Source of the DNA: Octopus vulgaris
Taxonomy: Eukaryota
DNA: 64,000 bases
Reading direction: 5' to 3'
NCBI GenBank assembly: GCA_951406725.2
Contig: OX597826.1
Span: 57,598,001 to 57,662,000 of the forward strand
Shown here: positions 1 through 12,386 of the stretch, in pieces
How positions within the stretch are numbered: position 1 is the first letter of the stretch
Layout: every line of letters starts with the position of its first letter
The notes under the pieces: model-generated
The model's database searches: none
What the model saw: only the letters and a program-made list of their open reading frames with translations
What the model was told of the DNA's origin: nothing
Made by a program: the position numbers and the translations under genes

Positions 1-195
1 TCCAGGCCAGCCCTGACTGAGCGCACCTATGATCAAAAGCATTCTAGTCTTAACTGCGTTTTTCGTTCTGTATAACTATGACGACATTGCTCAATGTATC
101 CTTCATGTTTTACGACGGTAGGGTGTGATTTGAGGAGAAATTAGTTGCTATGTTTAGAAAGGTAAGCGACTACAAAGAAGCTCCTTTGTCGGCTT
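1..195. repeat. Dispersed repeat family E fragment (probably the 3' part of an old SINE)
   Basis: Motifs CCAGGNCAGCCCTGA..TATGATCAAA and GGTGTGATTTGAGG..GTTGCTAT recur in diverged form near 46113-46297, 51205-51310, 53330-53590 and 57520-57725. Confidence 0.55.
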
Positions 196-640
196 ATACG
201 AATCTGAGTTGTGTTTTTTAGTACAAGAAACTAGGAAAACAAAGTACGGTTCCCGCAATAAGTTGGTACAAGGGAGAAGTTATAGACTCCAATGGAAGAG
301 AACGAGACACAGCGAGAGAATGAGAGGAAGACAGAGAGATGGAGAAGTAAGATAAGCGAGGACAATTTATGAAAGACAGATCTTTAGCAAGAGGTGGTGT
401 CTAGATGCTCATGCAGATGGCTTGCTCAAAGGAAATGCGCACCTCATATGATTTCTTATGGTCACTACACTAAATAAATAAAAAGGACAAAGTACTGTTG
501 ATTAAGGGCTATCAGTGGTCGATCACGACTTATCGAACATAGATAAGCCAGTAGCGTGGCTGGCGGGGGAAAGGTCAGACGAACCCGAGCGATGCTTTTA
601 TAGTACCCGGTACTTTTGAGTCCGCTATATAAGGGTCTTA

Positions 641-1017
641 GACCAGTGACATAGCTTGTGTGTGTGGGCGTCCGGAGCAGCTCTCGAGTTTGCAGCCTTC
701 TACTTCGGTATATCATGCTTTATAGACCCTTACATATACTTCTTTACTGCCCACAAGGGGCTAAACATAGAGGGGACAAACAAGGACAGTCAAAGTGCGT
801 AACTGGTCGATAAATTAAGTACCAGTTACGCACTGGAGTCGATATAATCGACTTAATCCGTTTGACTGTCCTTGTTTGTCCCCTCTATGTTTAGCCCCTT
901 GTGGGCAGTAAAGAAATATATATAAAGGGTCTATAAAGCATGATATACCGAGGTAGAAGGCTGCAAACTCGAGAGCTGCTCTGGACGCCCACACACACAC
1001 AAGCTATGTCACTGGTC
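641..1017. repeat. Long inverted repeat (fold-back) made of a SINE B tail plus about 95 bp of flanking DNA
   Basis: 641-807 is the near-exact reverse complement of 821-1017 apart from a 26-nt insertion at 835-860; the loop is 808-820. Confidence 0.9.
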
Positions 1018-1129
1018 CAATCGATATAGGCGTTCTTTGATAGCAAAGTCCGGGGCTTTGTTGATTTTGCCATTCGGTCCCCTACATTGGAAGATAATCG
1101 GTGTAAGGGTTATATTACGTGTTTGTATA

Positions 1130-1345
1130 CTCTTACTCTTTTACTCGTTTCAGTCATTTGACTGCGGCCATGCTGTAGCACCACCTTTAATCGAGCAACT
1201 CGACCCCGGGACTTATTCTTTGTAAGCCCAGTACTTATTCTATCGTTCTCTTTTGCCGAACCGCTAAGTGACGGGGACATAAACACACCAGCATCGGTTG
1301 TCAAGCAATGCTAGGGGGACAAACACGGACACACAAACACACGTC

Positions 1346-1415
<70 letters not shown>

Positions 1416-1587
1416 GACGGGCTTCTTTCAGTTTCCGTCTACCAAATCCAACTGACAAGGCTTTGGTGGATTTGGTCGGCCCGAGGCTATAGTAGAAGAC
1501 ACTTGCCCAAGATGCTACGCAGTGGGACTGAACCCGGAACCATGTGGTTGGTAAGCAAGCTACTTACCACACAGCCACTCCTGCGCC
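1130..1587 (-). mobile_element. SINE family A, tRNA-derived with CORE-like segment, full length
   Basis: The minus strand starts GGCGCAGGAGTGGCTGTGTGGTAAG (A box), then GGTTCAGTCCC (B box), then CTTGGGCAAGTG (CORE-like), an internal (TA)n/(TG)n tract and a tail of GAGTAAAA-type repeats. About 15 near-identical copies occur in the window. It resembles the CORE-type SINEs described from octopus; not database-verified. Confidence 0.9.
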
Positions 1588-2096
1588 TATGTGTAATTAA
1601 AACAAAAAGAGCGAAGAGAAATAACTTAAAGGTGTTGGTCAACAGCATAAATTTTGACGAAAACCAATAACGATCATCTAAATGCTATGCTCCAGTGAAT
1701 ACCTTGCCATAATGAGAAGAAACTTTATCCTTGAATAAATGCTAGGGAGCGCAATCAGATCGTGATGCCCCTTCTGACTATTTTAAAGTACCAAAAGTAA
1801 TGCGTCCTTTAATGAACGTGATAAAAGTACCAGATTAGATAATGGAGCCGATAAGAGCCTGATGCCCACTTAGTTTTTCTAGCAAAATCATATCGATGAA
1901 TAATAGGTCACAGTCTCTTCAACTAAAAACCCCAGAACTTCACTTGTACTTAGATTAAAGAACCGATGTGGATGAAACGCAAATCAACCCTCTTACGGAA
2001 TATATAAAGTCAAAACACAAAAGAGAGCTAAATATCATAAAAGAGGTAACATTTCTGTTTCCATCACTCACTGCCTCTGGATATAAAATACTGTAC

Positions 2097-2139
2097 CACA
2101 CACACACACACACACACACACGAACACACACACACACAC

Positions 2140-2225
<86 letters not shown>

Positions 2226-2265
2226 CATACATATATATACATATATATACATATATATATTTATA

Positions 2266-2343
<78 letters not shown>

Positions 2344-2360
2344 CATATATATACATATAT

Positions 2361-2418
<58 letters not shown>
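2097..2418. repeat. Compound (CA)n/(TA)n microsatellite array
   Basis: Read directly from the sequence. Confidence 0.95.
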
Positions 2419-2421
<3 letters not shown>

Positions 2422-2818
2422 TGCAATATAACTCTATTTACACATATCAGATAAATTGAATATGAAATATAAATACAAGAACAACAACTTAGTGAATTGG
2501 TAGAAATACTAATATATCATATTTCAAGCGTTAAGTAACTTGTGGCGGGGGAGGGGTGTCTTGTCAAATTCCTACAGAAGCAAGGAAGCCAGTTCCCTCG
2601 ACCCACACCACCGAAGTGTAGAGACTTCGTCGTCGTCCCCACCTCAACCTACCTTTTTCCTCCAAGAATTGCAGTGTGCCGTTAATCATCACGATGACAG
2701 ATAGATAAATAAATACCACTTTGACCTTAACCAAGCTGGGGTGGAAGCGGGACTGATGTTGAAAATGACCCTGGCAAACACATCGGAAATAGGAGCAAAA
2801 ACACCAGAAAATGTATGT

Positions 2819-2858
<40 letters not shown>

Positions 2859-3051
2859 ACATACGTACACACATACATATATACATAGTAACACACACAC
2901 GAACTCATACACTTGGAAATGAATTAATTTGGGCCAGGCAAGGCAATCCAAATAGTCAATATAATTTCGCTATATCTTATCAACATCAATTAGAAGCTAT
3001 TTTATTAATCAGTAATAATAGCTTTCGGTAAGGGTCAAATTGTGTGTGTGT

Positions 3052-3084
<33 letters not shown>

Positions 3085-3377
3085 GCATGGAAGTAAATAT
3101 CAGAGGCCGAAAACAATGCATTTACATACGTATTAATTATAACAAACATGTCTATCTTTCATGCGTGTTGATCCATGATAGATGAGATGTACAAGCTTTC
3201 GTGTCATGATATATGTCTTCACCAGCTCGAGTGTGTGAGCTAGAGTGTGCGCACGACGAGGAAAAGTTATACTCCTATATTTTGTTGCTATTTCTTATCC
3301 TCAGCATCAATAGATCACATCAGTTGCATCACAAATACTCTAAGCAAAGGCATGAGCATCAAAACATCCCACTAATT

Positions 3378-3601
3378 CAGTGGTTTTTCAACCAGGGTTC
3401 CGTGGGACCTTAGGGTTCCTTCCGCCAGTACAGTCCAGAGGTTCCGCAAGAAGTTACAAAAATGCTAAAATCGACAGTAATTTTTAATTCTCCTGTGCAG
3501 ATATGTGTGCATAAGACGATTAAATTATTGCACAGGGGTTCCTCGAGCCAGTGAAATGTTTTCTTGGGGTTCTGCGCCAACAAAAAGGTTGAAAAGCACT
3601 G
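3378..3601. mobile_element. Non-autonomous hAT-type DNA transposon (MITE)
   Basis: TIRs CAGTGGTTTTTCAACC / GGTTGAAAAGCACTG; exact 8-bp TSD CACTAATT at 3370-3377 and 3602-3609; second copy at 13462-13662. Confidence 0.9.
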
Positions 3602-3659
3602 CACTAATTCATCTAACATCGATCTAAAGATTAACACATAATGGTATGCATGAAATAGT

Positions 3660-4311
3660 TCTTTCTACTATAGGCACAAGGCCTAAAATTTTGGCTTCAT
3701 CGATCCCCAGTGTTCAACTGGTACTTATTTTACCGACCCCCGAAAGGATGAAAAGCAAAGTCGACCTCGGCGAAATTTGAACTCAGAACGTAAAAACGGA
3801 TGAAATGGCCATTAAGCGTTTTGTCTAGGGGCTACACACAGAGGGGACAAACAAGGACAGACATAGGTATTAAGTCGATTATATCAACCCCAGTGCGTAA
3901 CTGGTACTTATTTAATCGACTGGTACTTATTTAATTAGGGCGGCGAGCTGGCAGAAACGTTAGCACGCCGGGCGAAATGCGTAGCCGTATTTCGTCTGCC
4001 GTTACGTTCTGAGTTCAAATTCCGCCGAGGTCGACTTTGCCTTTCATCCTTTCGGGGTCGATAAATTAAGTACCAGTTACGCACTGGGGTCGATGTAATC
4101 GACTTAATACCTATGTCTGTCCTTGTTTGTCCCCTCTATGTTTAGCCCCTAGTGGGTAATAAAGAAATAGGTACTTATTTAATCGACCTCGAAAGGACGA
4201 CAGGCAAAGTCGACCTCGGCGAAATTTGAACTCAGAACGTAACGGCAGACGAAATATACTGCTAAGCATTTCGCCCGGCGTGCTATAACGATTCCGTCAG
4301 CTTTGCCGTCT
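3660..4311 (-). mobile_element. Cluster of minus-strand SINE B / B-like copies interrupted by a plus-strand SINE B
   Basis: Older B-like copy at 3660-3825; B tail at 3827-3935 continues at 4171-4311 after the inserted copy. Confidence 0.8.
3939..4170 (+). mobile_element. SINE family B, tRNA-derived, full length
   Basis: Head GGCGGCGAGCTGGCAGAA, B box GAGTTCAAATTCC, central GCCTTTCATCCTTTCGGGGTCGATAAA..AGTACCAG block, tail AATAAAGAAATAG; flanking duplication GGTACTTATTTAAT. Confidence 0.9.
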
Positions 4312-4594
4312 TAGGGTATGGATTAAAAATAAACATTATTTTGTGTCTAGTCATGAAACGAACCGCGGTCGTGTCAGTTTGAAAGCTAAAAACTGAAACG
4401 ACACAGTTAACCTTAAACTTTGATGTTTTCCGGACAGTTTGGTATTTTCTCTTCTGGTTCAAGCTTGTTAGGTAGACCGTGTATGTGTGCCTGTATGTGT
4501 ATGTGTGTGTCAAGCGTCGGAAGTTTAGCGATGCTTTGTAACATCAGTTGACAGAGGGGGAGGGGGGCGAGAGAAGGATTAGCATTTTTCTATG

Positions 4595-4627
4595 ATCATA
4601 TACAAATACATATATATGTACATATAG

Positions 4628-4658
<31 letters not shown>

Positions 4659-4747
4659 TGCATTCATATACACGTCATATATACATACATATACATATAC
4701 ATATACATATAACATATATATTTACATACATATATATATTTACATAG

Positions 4748-4796
<49 letters not shown>

Positions 4797-4870
4797 CATA
4801 TATTATATACATACATATATACATGTATATACATACATATATATACATACATATACATACATACATATAC

Positions 4871-4901
<31 letters not shown>

Positions 4902-4925
4902 CATATATATATATATATATGTATG
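4595..4925. repeat. (TA)n/(TACA)n/(CA)n microsatellite array
   Basis: Read directly from the sequence. Confidence 0.95.
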
Positions 4926-5644
4926 CCTGCGTGTGAACGTTTACACATACACACACCCGTGAATACATGTACACATACATACTTGTATCCACATGTATGC
5001 ATAGGTAAGGGGTGTGTGTATGGTGGTGGTGGAGACACTTACACAGGTTGGGGTTCAACGCCATCCACAACGGGTTTTTCTTTTTCTTTTTTCTTTTATT
5101 TTTTTTTCTCAGTTATGTTGTCAAATCATCAAATCTTGGCTGTCACTAAAGGGTGTTACAAGACATTCTATCCAATAATTAACCTCATCACCATCATACA
5201 TCCCGCGCTAGTTTCCTTTTTTTTTTTTACCACTTGCTAATCACTCACTCCCTCTTTGTATGTCTGCTCCTCTCTGTTTCTCTCTGTCTCTCTATCTCTC
5301 TCATCCTCTTCCTCTCTTTCATTGCAATTGACCCCCCCCCCACCACACCTTACCGTTTTTTTTTGGTTTATTTTTTGTTTTTTTTTTCTTTCATATTTGT
5401 GTGAAGAGAGAAGCAATTTTACAACTTTTAAGGAGAAGATAATGACTGAAGTGGGTGAGGTGGGTGGGTGGGGTGGGGGGTAAGTGTGAGGCTGCGATGT
5501 ATCATGCTGATGATGATAGCGAGGGGTACTTCCTTCTGAAGAGTCGTATCATGCCAAAAGGTCAGACATATCCAGATTTCGAAAAAGAAAAAAACCCGAA
5601 AAACGAAAAACTTTGTAAAGAGAAATTATGAGTAAGAGATTCAA

Positions 5645-5737
<93 letters not shown>

Positions 5738-5750
5738 TCTTTTACTCATA

Positions 5751-5781
<31 letters not shown>

Positions 5782-5782
5782 A

Positions 5783-5834
<52 letters not shown>

Positions 5835-6258
5835 CTTTTCTCTTTTACTTGTTTCAGTCATTTGACTGCGGCCATGCTGGAGCACCGCCTTTAATCGAGC
5901 AACTCGACCCCGGGACTTATTCTTTTTGTAAGCCCAGTACTTATTCTATCGGTCTCTTTTGCCGAACCGCAAAGTGACGGGGACATAAACACACCAGCAT
6001 CGGTTGTCAAGCAATGCTAGGGGGACAAACACAGACACACAAACATATACACACACATACATATACATATATATATATATATATATATACATATATACGA
6101 AAGGCTTCCTTCAGTTTCCATCTACCAAATCCACTCACGAGGCTTTGGTCGACCCGAGGCTATAGCAGAAGACACTTGCCCAAGGTGCCACGCAGTGGGA
6201 CTGAACCCGGAACCATGTGGCTGGTAAACAAGCTACTTACCACACAGCCACTCTGCGC
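5835..6258 (-). mobile_element. SINE family A
   Basis: Collinear with 1130-1587; flanked by (TA)n on the left and (CT)n(TA)n(GA)n(GATA)n on the right. Confidence 0.9.
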
Positions 6259-6259
6259 T

Positions 6260-6423
<164 letters not shown>

Positions 6424-7014
6424 GTGACAGTTAGAGGAAAGAGAGACGTATTATGAAAAAGTGAAGTTAACAACCAGGTAACTGTCATAAATTGTAACTA
6501 TTAATACATACTTACATTCGCGCGTGTGTGTGTGATAAAGACAACATTTTAATTTAATCATAGTATCAAATTCAAGAAAAAGAAACCCGATAAGAAACTG
6601 GATGAAAACAAGTTGCTGGAATTTCACAGAACACTGTAAATGCAGTTGGGTGGTGGTGGTAGTGGTGGTGGTGGGTAAGAGAAAGAAAGAAAAACAGAGC
6701 AATGTGAATGAGAAGGAAGAAAGGGAAGAAGAAAAGAAATGACGGAATATCAAAAAAAAAAAAAAATTAAATAGAAAGCAAGAAAAGAAAAGAAGAAAAA
6801 AAGAGAACGTAACGCAAGAAGTTTTGTAGAAGAAAGTGAAAATGCCAGAGTGAAGATGCAAACAAGCTAACAAGATTTGCCTCCCTTGTTGCAAGTCGCT
6901 TAACTTACAGAATGCTTTGCTTTGTGTTTCGTGAGTTGCAGAATACTTATTTTCGAATTTTTGGCTAGTTTTGAAAAGAAAGTATATCACTGAATGAATC
7001 GAACCGAGTATATT

Positions 7015-7454
7015 CTCTTTTACTCTTTTTTTTGCTCTTTTACATTGTTTCAGTCATTTGACTGCGGCCATGCTGGAGCACCACCTTTTAGTCGAGCAAA
7101 TCGACCCCAGGACTTATTCTTTGTAAGCCTAGTACTTATTCTATCGGTCTCTTTTGCCGAACCGCTAAGTTACGGGGACGTAAGCACACCAGCATCGGTT
7201 ATCAAGCGATGTTTAATGGGGGGGGGGGGGACAAACACAGACACACAAACACATACACATACATACATATATATATATACATACATATATACGACAGGCT
7301 TCTTTCAGTTTCCGTCTACCAAATCCACTCACAAGGCATTGGTCGGCTCGAGGCTATAGTAGAAGACACTTGCCCAACATGCCACACAGTGGGACTGAAC
7401 CCGGAACCATGTGGTTGGTAAGCAAGCTACTTACCACACAGCCACTTCTGCGCC
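7015..7454 (-). mobile_element. SINE family A (subfamily with GAGCAAATCGAC and internal G-run)
   Basis: Collinear with the other A copies; shares diagnostic variants with 7755-8131. Confidence 0.9.
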
Positions 7455-7754
7455 TAAAGAGTTTTTTTTTTTTTTTTTTTTGCGTAAAGTTTCTATTCCA
7501 GAGAAATATATGAAAAGCAAGCGTAACACCAGCGCAATTAGAACCTTTAACGGTAGGCATCAAATTACCTATAAGCTTATCGAGCTAACACATTAAGTCT
7601 ATTTTCATAATTTCTAAACCAGACACAAGGCTGAAAATTTACAGGTATCGAGCTGGTACCAGTACTTAACTAGTACTTATTTTACCGTGTGTACGTACGT
7701 ACATAGGTACATACATACGGATAATAATGTGGATATCTAAAATATATATATATA

Positions 7755-8131
7755 GGCGTAGGAGTGGCTGTGTGGTAAGTAGCTTGCTTGCGAACCACAT
7801 GGTTCCGAGTTCAGTCCCACTGCGTGGCACCCTGGGCAAATGTCTTCTACTATAGCCTCGGGCCGACCGAAGTGAGACGGAAACTGAAAGAAGCCTGTCG
7901 TATATATGTATGTGTATATGTTTGTGTGTCTGTGTTTGTCCCCCCCCCCATTCAACATCGCTTGACAACCGATGCTGGTGTGCTTACGTCCCCGTAACTT
8001 AGCGGTTCGGCAAAAGAGACCGATAGAATAAGTACTAGGCTTACAAAGAATAAGTCCTGGGGTCGATTTGCTCGACTAAAAGGCGGTGCTCCAGCATGGC
8101 CACAGTCAAATGACTGAAACAAGTAAAAGAG
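7755..8131 (+). mobile_element. SINE family A with a short internal deletion
   Basis: Head GGCGTAGGAGTGGCTGTGTGG and tail GTAAAAGAG; head-to-head with 7015-7454. Confidence 0.9.
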
Positions 8132-8174
8132 TATGTATGTATGTATGCATGCATGTATATATATATACATGCGG

Positions 8175-8205
<31 letters not shown>

Positions 8206-9460
8206 ATCGAAATGCATGATGACAGTGACATCGAAGTTGTTTTTATGACAGTAACATACGTCATTCAACAAGATGAATTGCTGCCGGCGAAAGTAAACTC
8301 CCAATCTCTATACATTTTGCTTGTATAAAATATTTAAATTCTCTTCCTGTACTGGGTACTTTGTCGATACCTGGTGGTTTTTTTTCTTTTTCAAGTTACT
8401 GAAATAAACATATTCCAAGTATATTAAAAATTATATCACTGAGAGAAATCTTTATCTCTACTTTCACTATCGTTTTTGCAAACATGTCGTGTTTGAGTAA
8501 TTTTTGCCAGTGGTTTATTTTTTATTATGTTAATTTCCACGTTTGCTTGTACATTTTATACAGAGATTCTCTTATAGCTACTTCTGAAAGTATGGTTGTA
8601 TCAATGATTCGTTGATAAAATAAAATACAAGGCAAGTTCTGAGGAGATTAATATTCCGCCAAAGCATCCTGGATGTGAATGGAATTCTGATGGAAGATAA
8701 ACGAAAAAAAAGAGAGCGAAACTAGCTTGGAGTTGCCTCCCGTACTTTCTGAAATCCATATAATAATATAGAGCTAATGTTGCGTTTCTTCAATGTATAA
8801 ATTATTGTAATGAACTTGTTGAGGTTTACAACATTAAAAATGTTTAAATCTGTAATTTATTCTTAACTTCAAAGTCAACAAAGACAACGTATGATAAAGT
8901 GTTCTGTTAACACATACAATAAAACACCTGCTCAAAATCCATAAACAGCTACTTATATTACCCTTAATTTATTTAATCCAAATTCACATTGGCCAATTTG
9001 AATTATTTTTTCTAGTTCATTTAGTTCATTTAGTTCATTTAGTTCACTCACACACATTTATGTATGCATGAGGGAGCAAATATTAGCTTCACAGTTTGGC
9101 ACCAAGCCCCAGCAATTCAACTGGTACTTATTTTATTGACCTTGAAAGGATGAAAGGTGAAGTTGATCCCAATAGCATTTGAACTCAGAATGTAAAGTTG
9201 GAGAAAATACCACTAAGCATATTATCCATTGCAGTAACAATTCAGCTCACCACCTTTGAGAGAACAAATATTAATATTCCATGCTCGTCACAGCTTGAGT
9301 GAAACGGTGACAATGTTGACATTCCTTGTTGACATTATAGCCAGTAGCTCTTTGTTTTCAAAGATATCTGAAATTAAATTCCCTTACTTGAAATATAGAT
9401 AGATGTTGACAACAAGATGAGCATCTAGCTGTATAATCATGCCTTGAATATTTCCTTTGA

Positions 9461-9900
9461 TTGGGCCTCACAGAGGCAATGACAGGAGACTGAGACCTTT
9501 GGAGACCAAAGTGAGATGCAACCATGGCCAATGCTAGCGTTGCATGTCCAGCCCATTTAAGAGTACCATTAATGCATCAGGTGATATATGCTTGAGAAAA
9601 CCTGTTGAGTCAAGTAAAATCAAAATCGTAGTTGTGGTCAATGCACCCTGACTGGCTCCTGTTCTGGTAGCACGTAAAAAGCACCATCCGAATGTAGCTG
9701 ATGCCAGTACCCCCTGACTGGCTCCCATGCCGGTGGCATGTAAAATGCAACATCTGGATGTGATCAATGCCAGGCCTGCCTCACTGGCTCCTGTGCTGGT
9801 GGCATGTGAAAAGCACCCACTACACTCTCAGAGTGGCTGGTGTTAGAAAGGGCATCCAGCTGTAGAAACATTGCCAGGTCAGACTGGAGCCTGGTGCACC
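9461..9900 (+). mobile_element. 5'-truncated RTE-clade LINE (ORF C-terminus plus 3' UTR), degraded
   Basis: Begins LGLTEAMTGD*DLW, matching the ORF end at 56367; followed by the tandem GGTGGCACGTAAAAAGCACC units and the GGGCATCCAGCTGTAGAAAC block. Confidence 0.75.
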
Positions 9901-9904
9901 GTTT

Positions 9905-10135
9905 TTCATGGTGGCATGGATTGGATGGTTTGACTGAGGTCTAGAGAGCCAGTGGCTGCTCCAGGCTTCAATCTGATCTGGCAATGTTTCAACAGCTGGA
10001 TGCCCTTCCTAACGCCAACCACTCCGAGAGTGTAGTGGATGCTTTTATGTGCCACCGGAACAGGAGCCAGGCAGGCAGGCCTGGCATCGGTCACGGTCAG
10101 ATAGTACTTTTTACATGCCACCGGCATGGGGTCCA
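9905..10135 (-). mobile_element. RTE-clade LINE 3' UTR fragment, inverted against 9461-9900
   Basis: Reverse complement of the same 3' UTR blocks (CAGCTGGATGCCCTTCCTAACGCCAACCACTC). Confidence 0.8.
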
Positions 10136-10678
10136 ATCAGGAGGTACAAAAGGTTGCCATAGGGTAGATATATATACATATTTCTTTATATGATTACTTA
10201 ATCTATTGGCCAGTTTAACATCACCACCTGGTTTATGGGTGTCTTTAGCAGAGCTGCGGACATTCAGGTCAGGTCTCTGGTTTGAAGATACCTTCTTTCT
10301 CTCCCATCAGCCATGAAAACCCTTTAAAGGATTGGGGCCACTATCCTTTTTGAGTATGCAACAAGGAGAAACAAAATTATATATATATATAGATATATAT
10401 ATATATATATATAATATACATGTTTAGCTTTTCCCATTCATATATTTCATAGAGACATTGCCCATAGCCCCAACTGATTTTTTATTAGAGAGCACTTTCA
10501 GTGAATACATGCTTTGATTAGATGAATTGAGATGTGCCATTGAATGAATTGAGATGAATTGAGATGAATTGAGTGGTTCATATGTGACTACTTATCACCC
10601 TGACCCACCACTTTATCTTTCTGTGTATATACTTACATATATTTATATATACATACACATATGCATACACATGTATAT

Positions 10679-10711
<33 letters not shown>

Positions 10712-10754
10712 TACATACATACATACATACATGCATTCATGCATACAAACATAC

Positions 10755-10805
<51 letters not shown>

Positions 10806-12386
10806 GATGGAGGGAGAGAGGATACACACTTTTCCATCAATGTTTAGTTTACAGCCTTACAAATCTGATTCAACCCTTACAGCTTTCTCTTTGAGAATGG
10901 TGTGTGCATATGGTTGAATTTGAGTGCATTTATGCATTTAAGTACGTGCATATATGCATTTAAGTATATATATGCAGATGCATGTATATACATAAGTTTT
11001 GTGTGTATATAGTTTTGAGTATGTTTTCACATATTCATATATTCATGTATACACATGCAATGTGTCTTCACCAAATTCTTTTCTTCGAGACACTTCTCTC
11101 AGCAGGTCCCAGGTTTCAAGTCTGCAGACGACAAATGCTTTCAGCAGTAAACACACTTAGCCCACTCATTTTAACACTGCATGCATAATACAGCTTCAGG
11201 GGTACATGGGATTGTAGGGATCTTACTTTGTGTGGGGGGCTCTCAAGTGTTCAGCCTCTCATCTTTTCAGCATCATTGAGAAATATGTGAATACCTAAAC
11301 AAAAGACATCCGACATCAACCAGCAGCTATCGAAAGGTTTTTATGCACATACTGAAGTTGATAGCTGGATATCTTTCATTAAGGGTGTATCTGGATATAG
11401 AGGACGTGGGGTATGTTGGTTATTGAAGCAAAGATAGCTGTACTAATTTCATATATATCATGCTAGCATGGAAAACGGACGTTAAACAACGATGATAATG
11501 ATGATGATGATGATGATGATGACGATGATGATATGTATATATATTTACACACACACACACTCACAGAAGTAGATAAATACGCATTCACATATATCCACAT
11601 ATGTAATGTATAAGTATGCCTATGGATATATGTGTTATGTGTGAGAGTATGTGTGTGTGTGTACACATACGCACAGGTTTTTGAACACCCATATATATAT
11701 ATATATATATGCATAAATAGATAGACATATACATATACATCTTGAAATACAAATGTTATCATGCAAGCTGGTAGAATCGTTAGACCATCAGACAAAATGC
11801 TTTGTAGTATTTGCTCCAACTCTTTATGCTCAAAGTTCAAATCCTACCAAGATCAACTTTGCCTTTCATCTTTTGAGGTTAAGATAATAAAATAAAGTAT
11901 CAGTTAACTACAGGAGTCAATTAACCCTCACCCAATAAAGCACTTGAGAGCTACCCACCCCCATGCAAAATAAGAACCCTACAATGCCTCCCTTAAAACT
12001 GCTATCCATGTATCAGCATCATCATCGTTTAACGTCCGTTTTCCATGCTAGCATGGGTTAGAAACCATTAATATTACTGTATGTGTATGAGTGTGCATAT
12101 GAAATAGAGAAAAAGATATATATACATATTAAAAGAGTCTACTGGATGAAGAATGTTCCTAAATTATGGATCTTGGAACTAAGAGTAATGCATTAAATGT
12201 CATACACAAAGTATTCTTAATCAAAATTTCCTTCTTGTTCAAGAAAGGAAACAAAATCCAGCAGTATACGTTAGTGATAAAGAAAAACATTCTCAAAGGA
12301 AAGGAAATAAAACAAGGTATTACAAGAAGAAATTAAGAAATAATCTCACATTTACATACTTGGGTGAAAGCATAATCATTAGGGAC

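Noticed and set aside
2570-2815. Exon-like segment ending at AAT|GTATGT
   Set aside because: The putative donor is the start of a (TG)/(TA) microsatellite, and no frame gives a recognisable protein.
7755-7830. SINE heads as tRNA genes
   Set aside because: They have A and B boxes but no complete cloverleaf, and they continue into SINE bodies.
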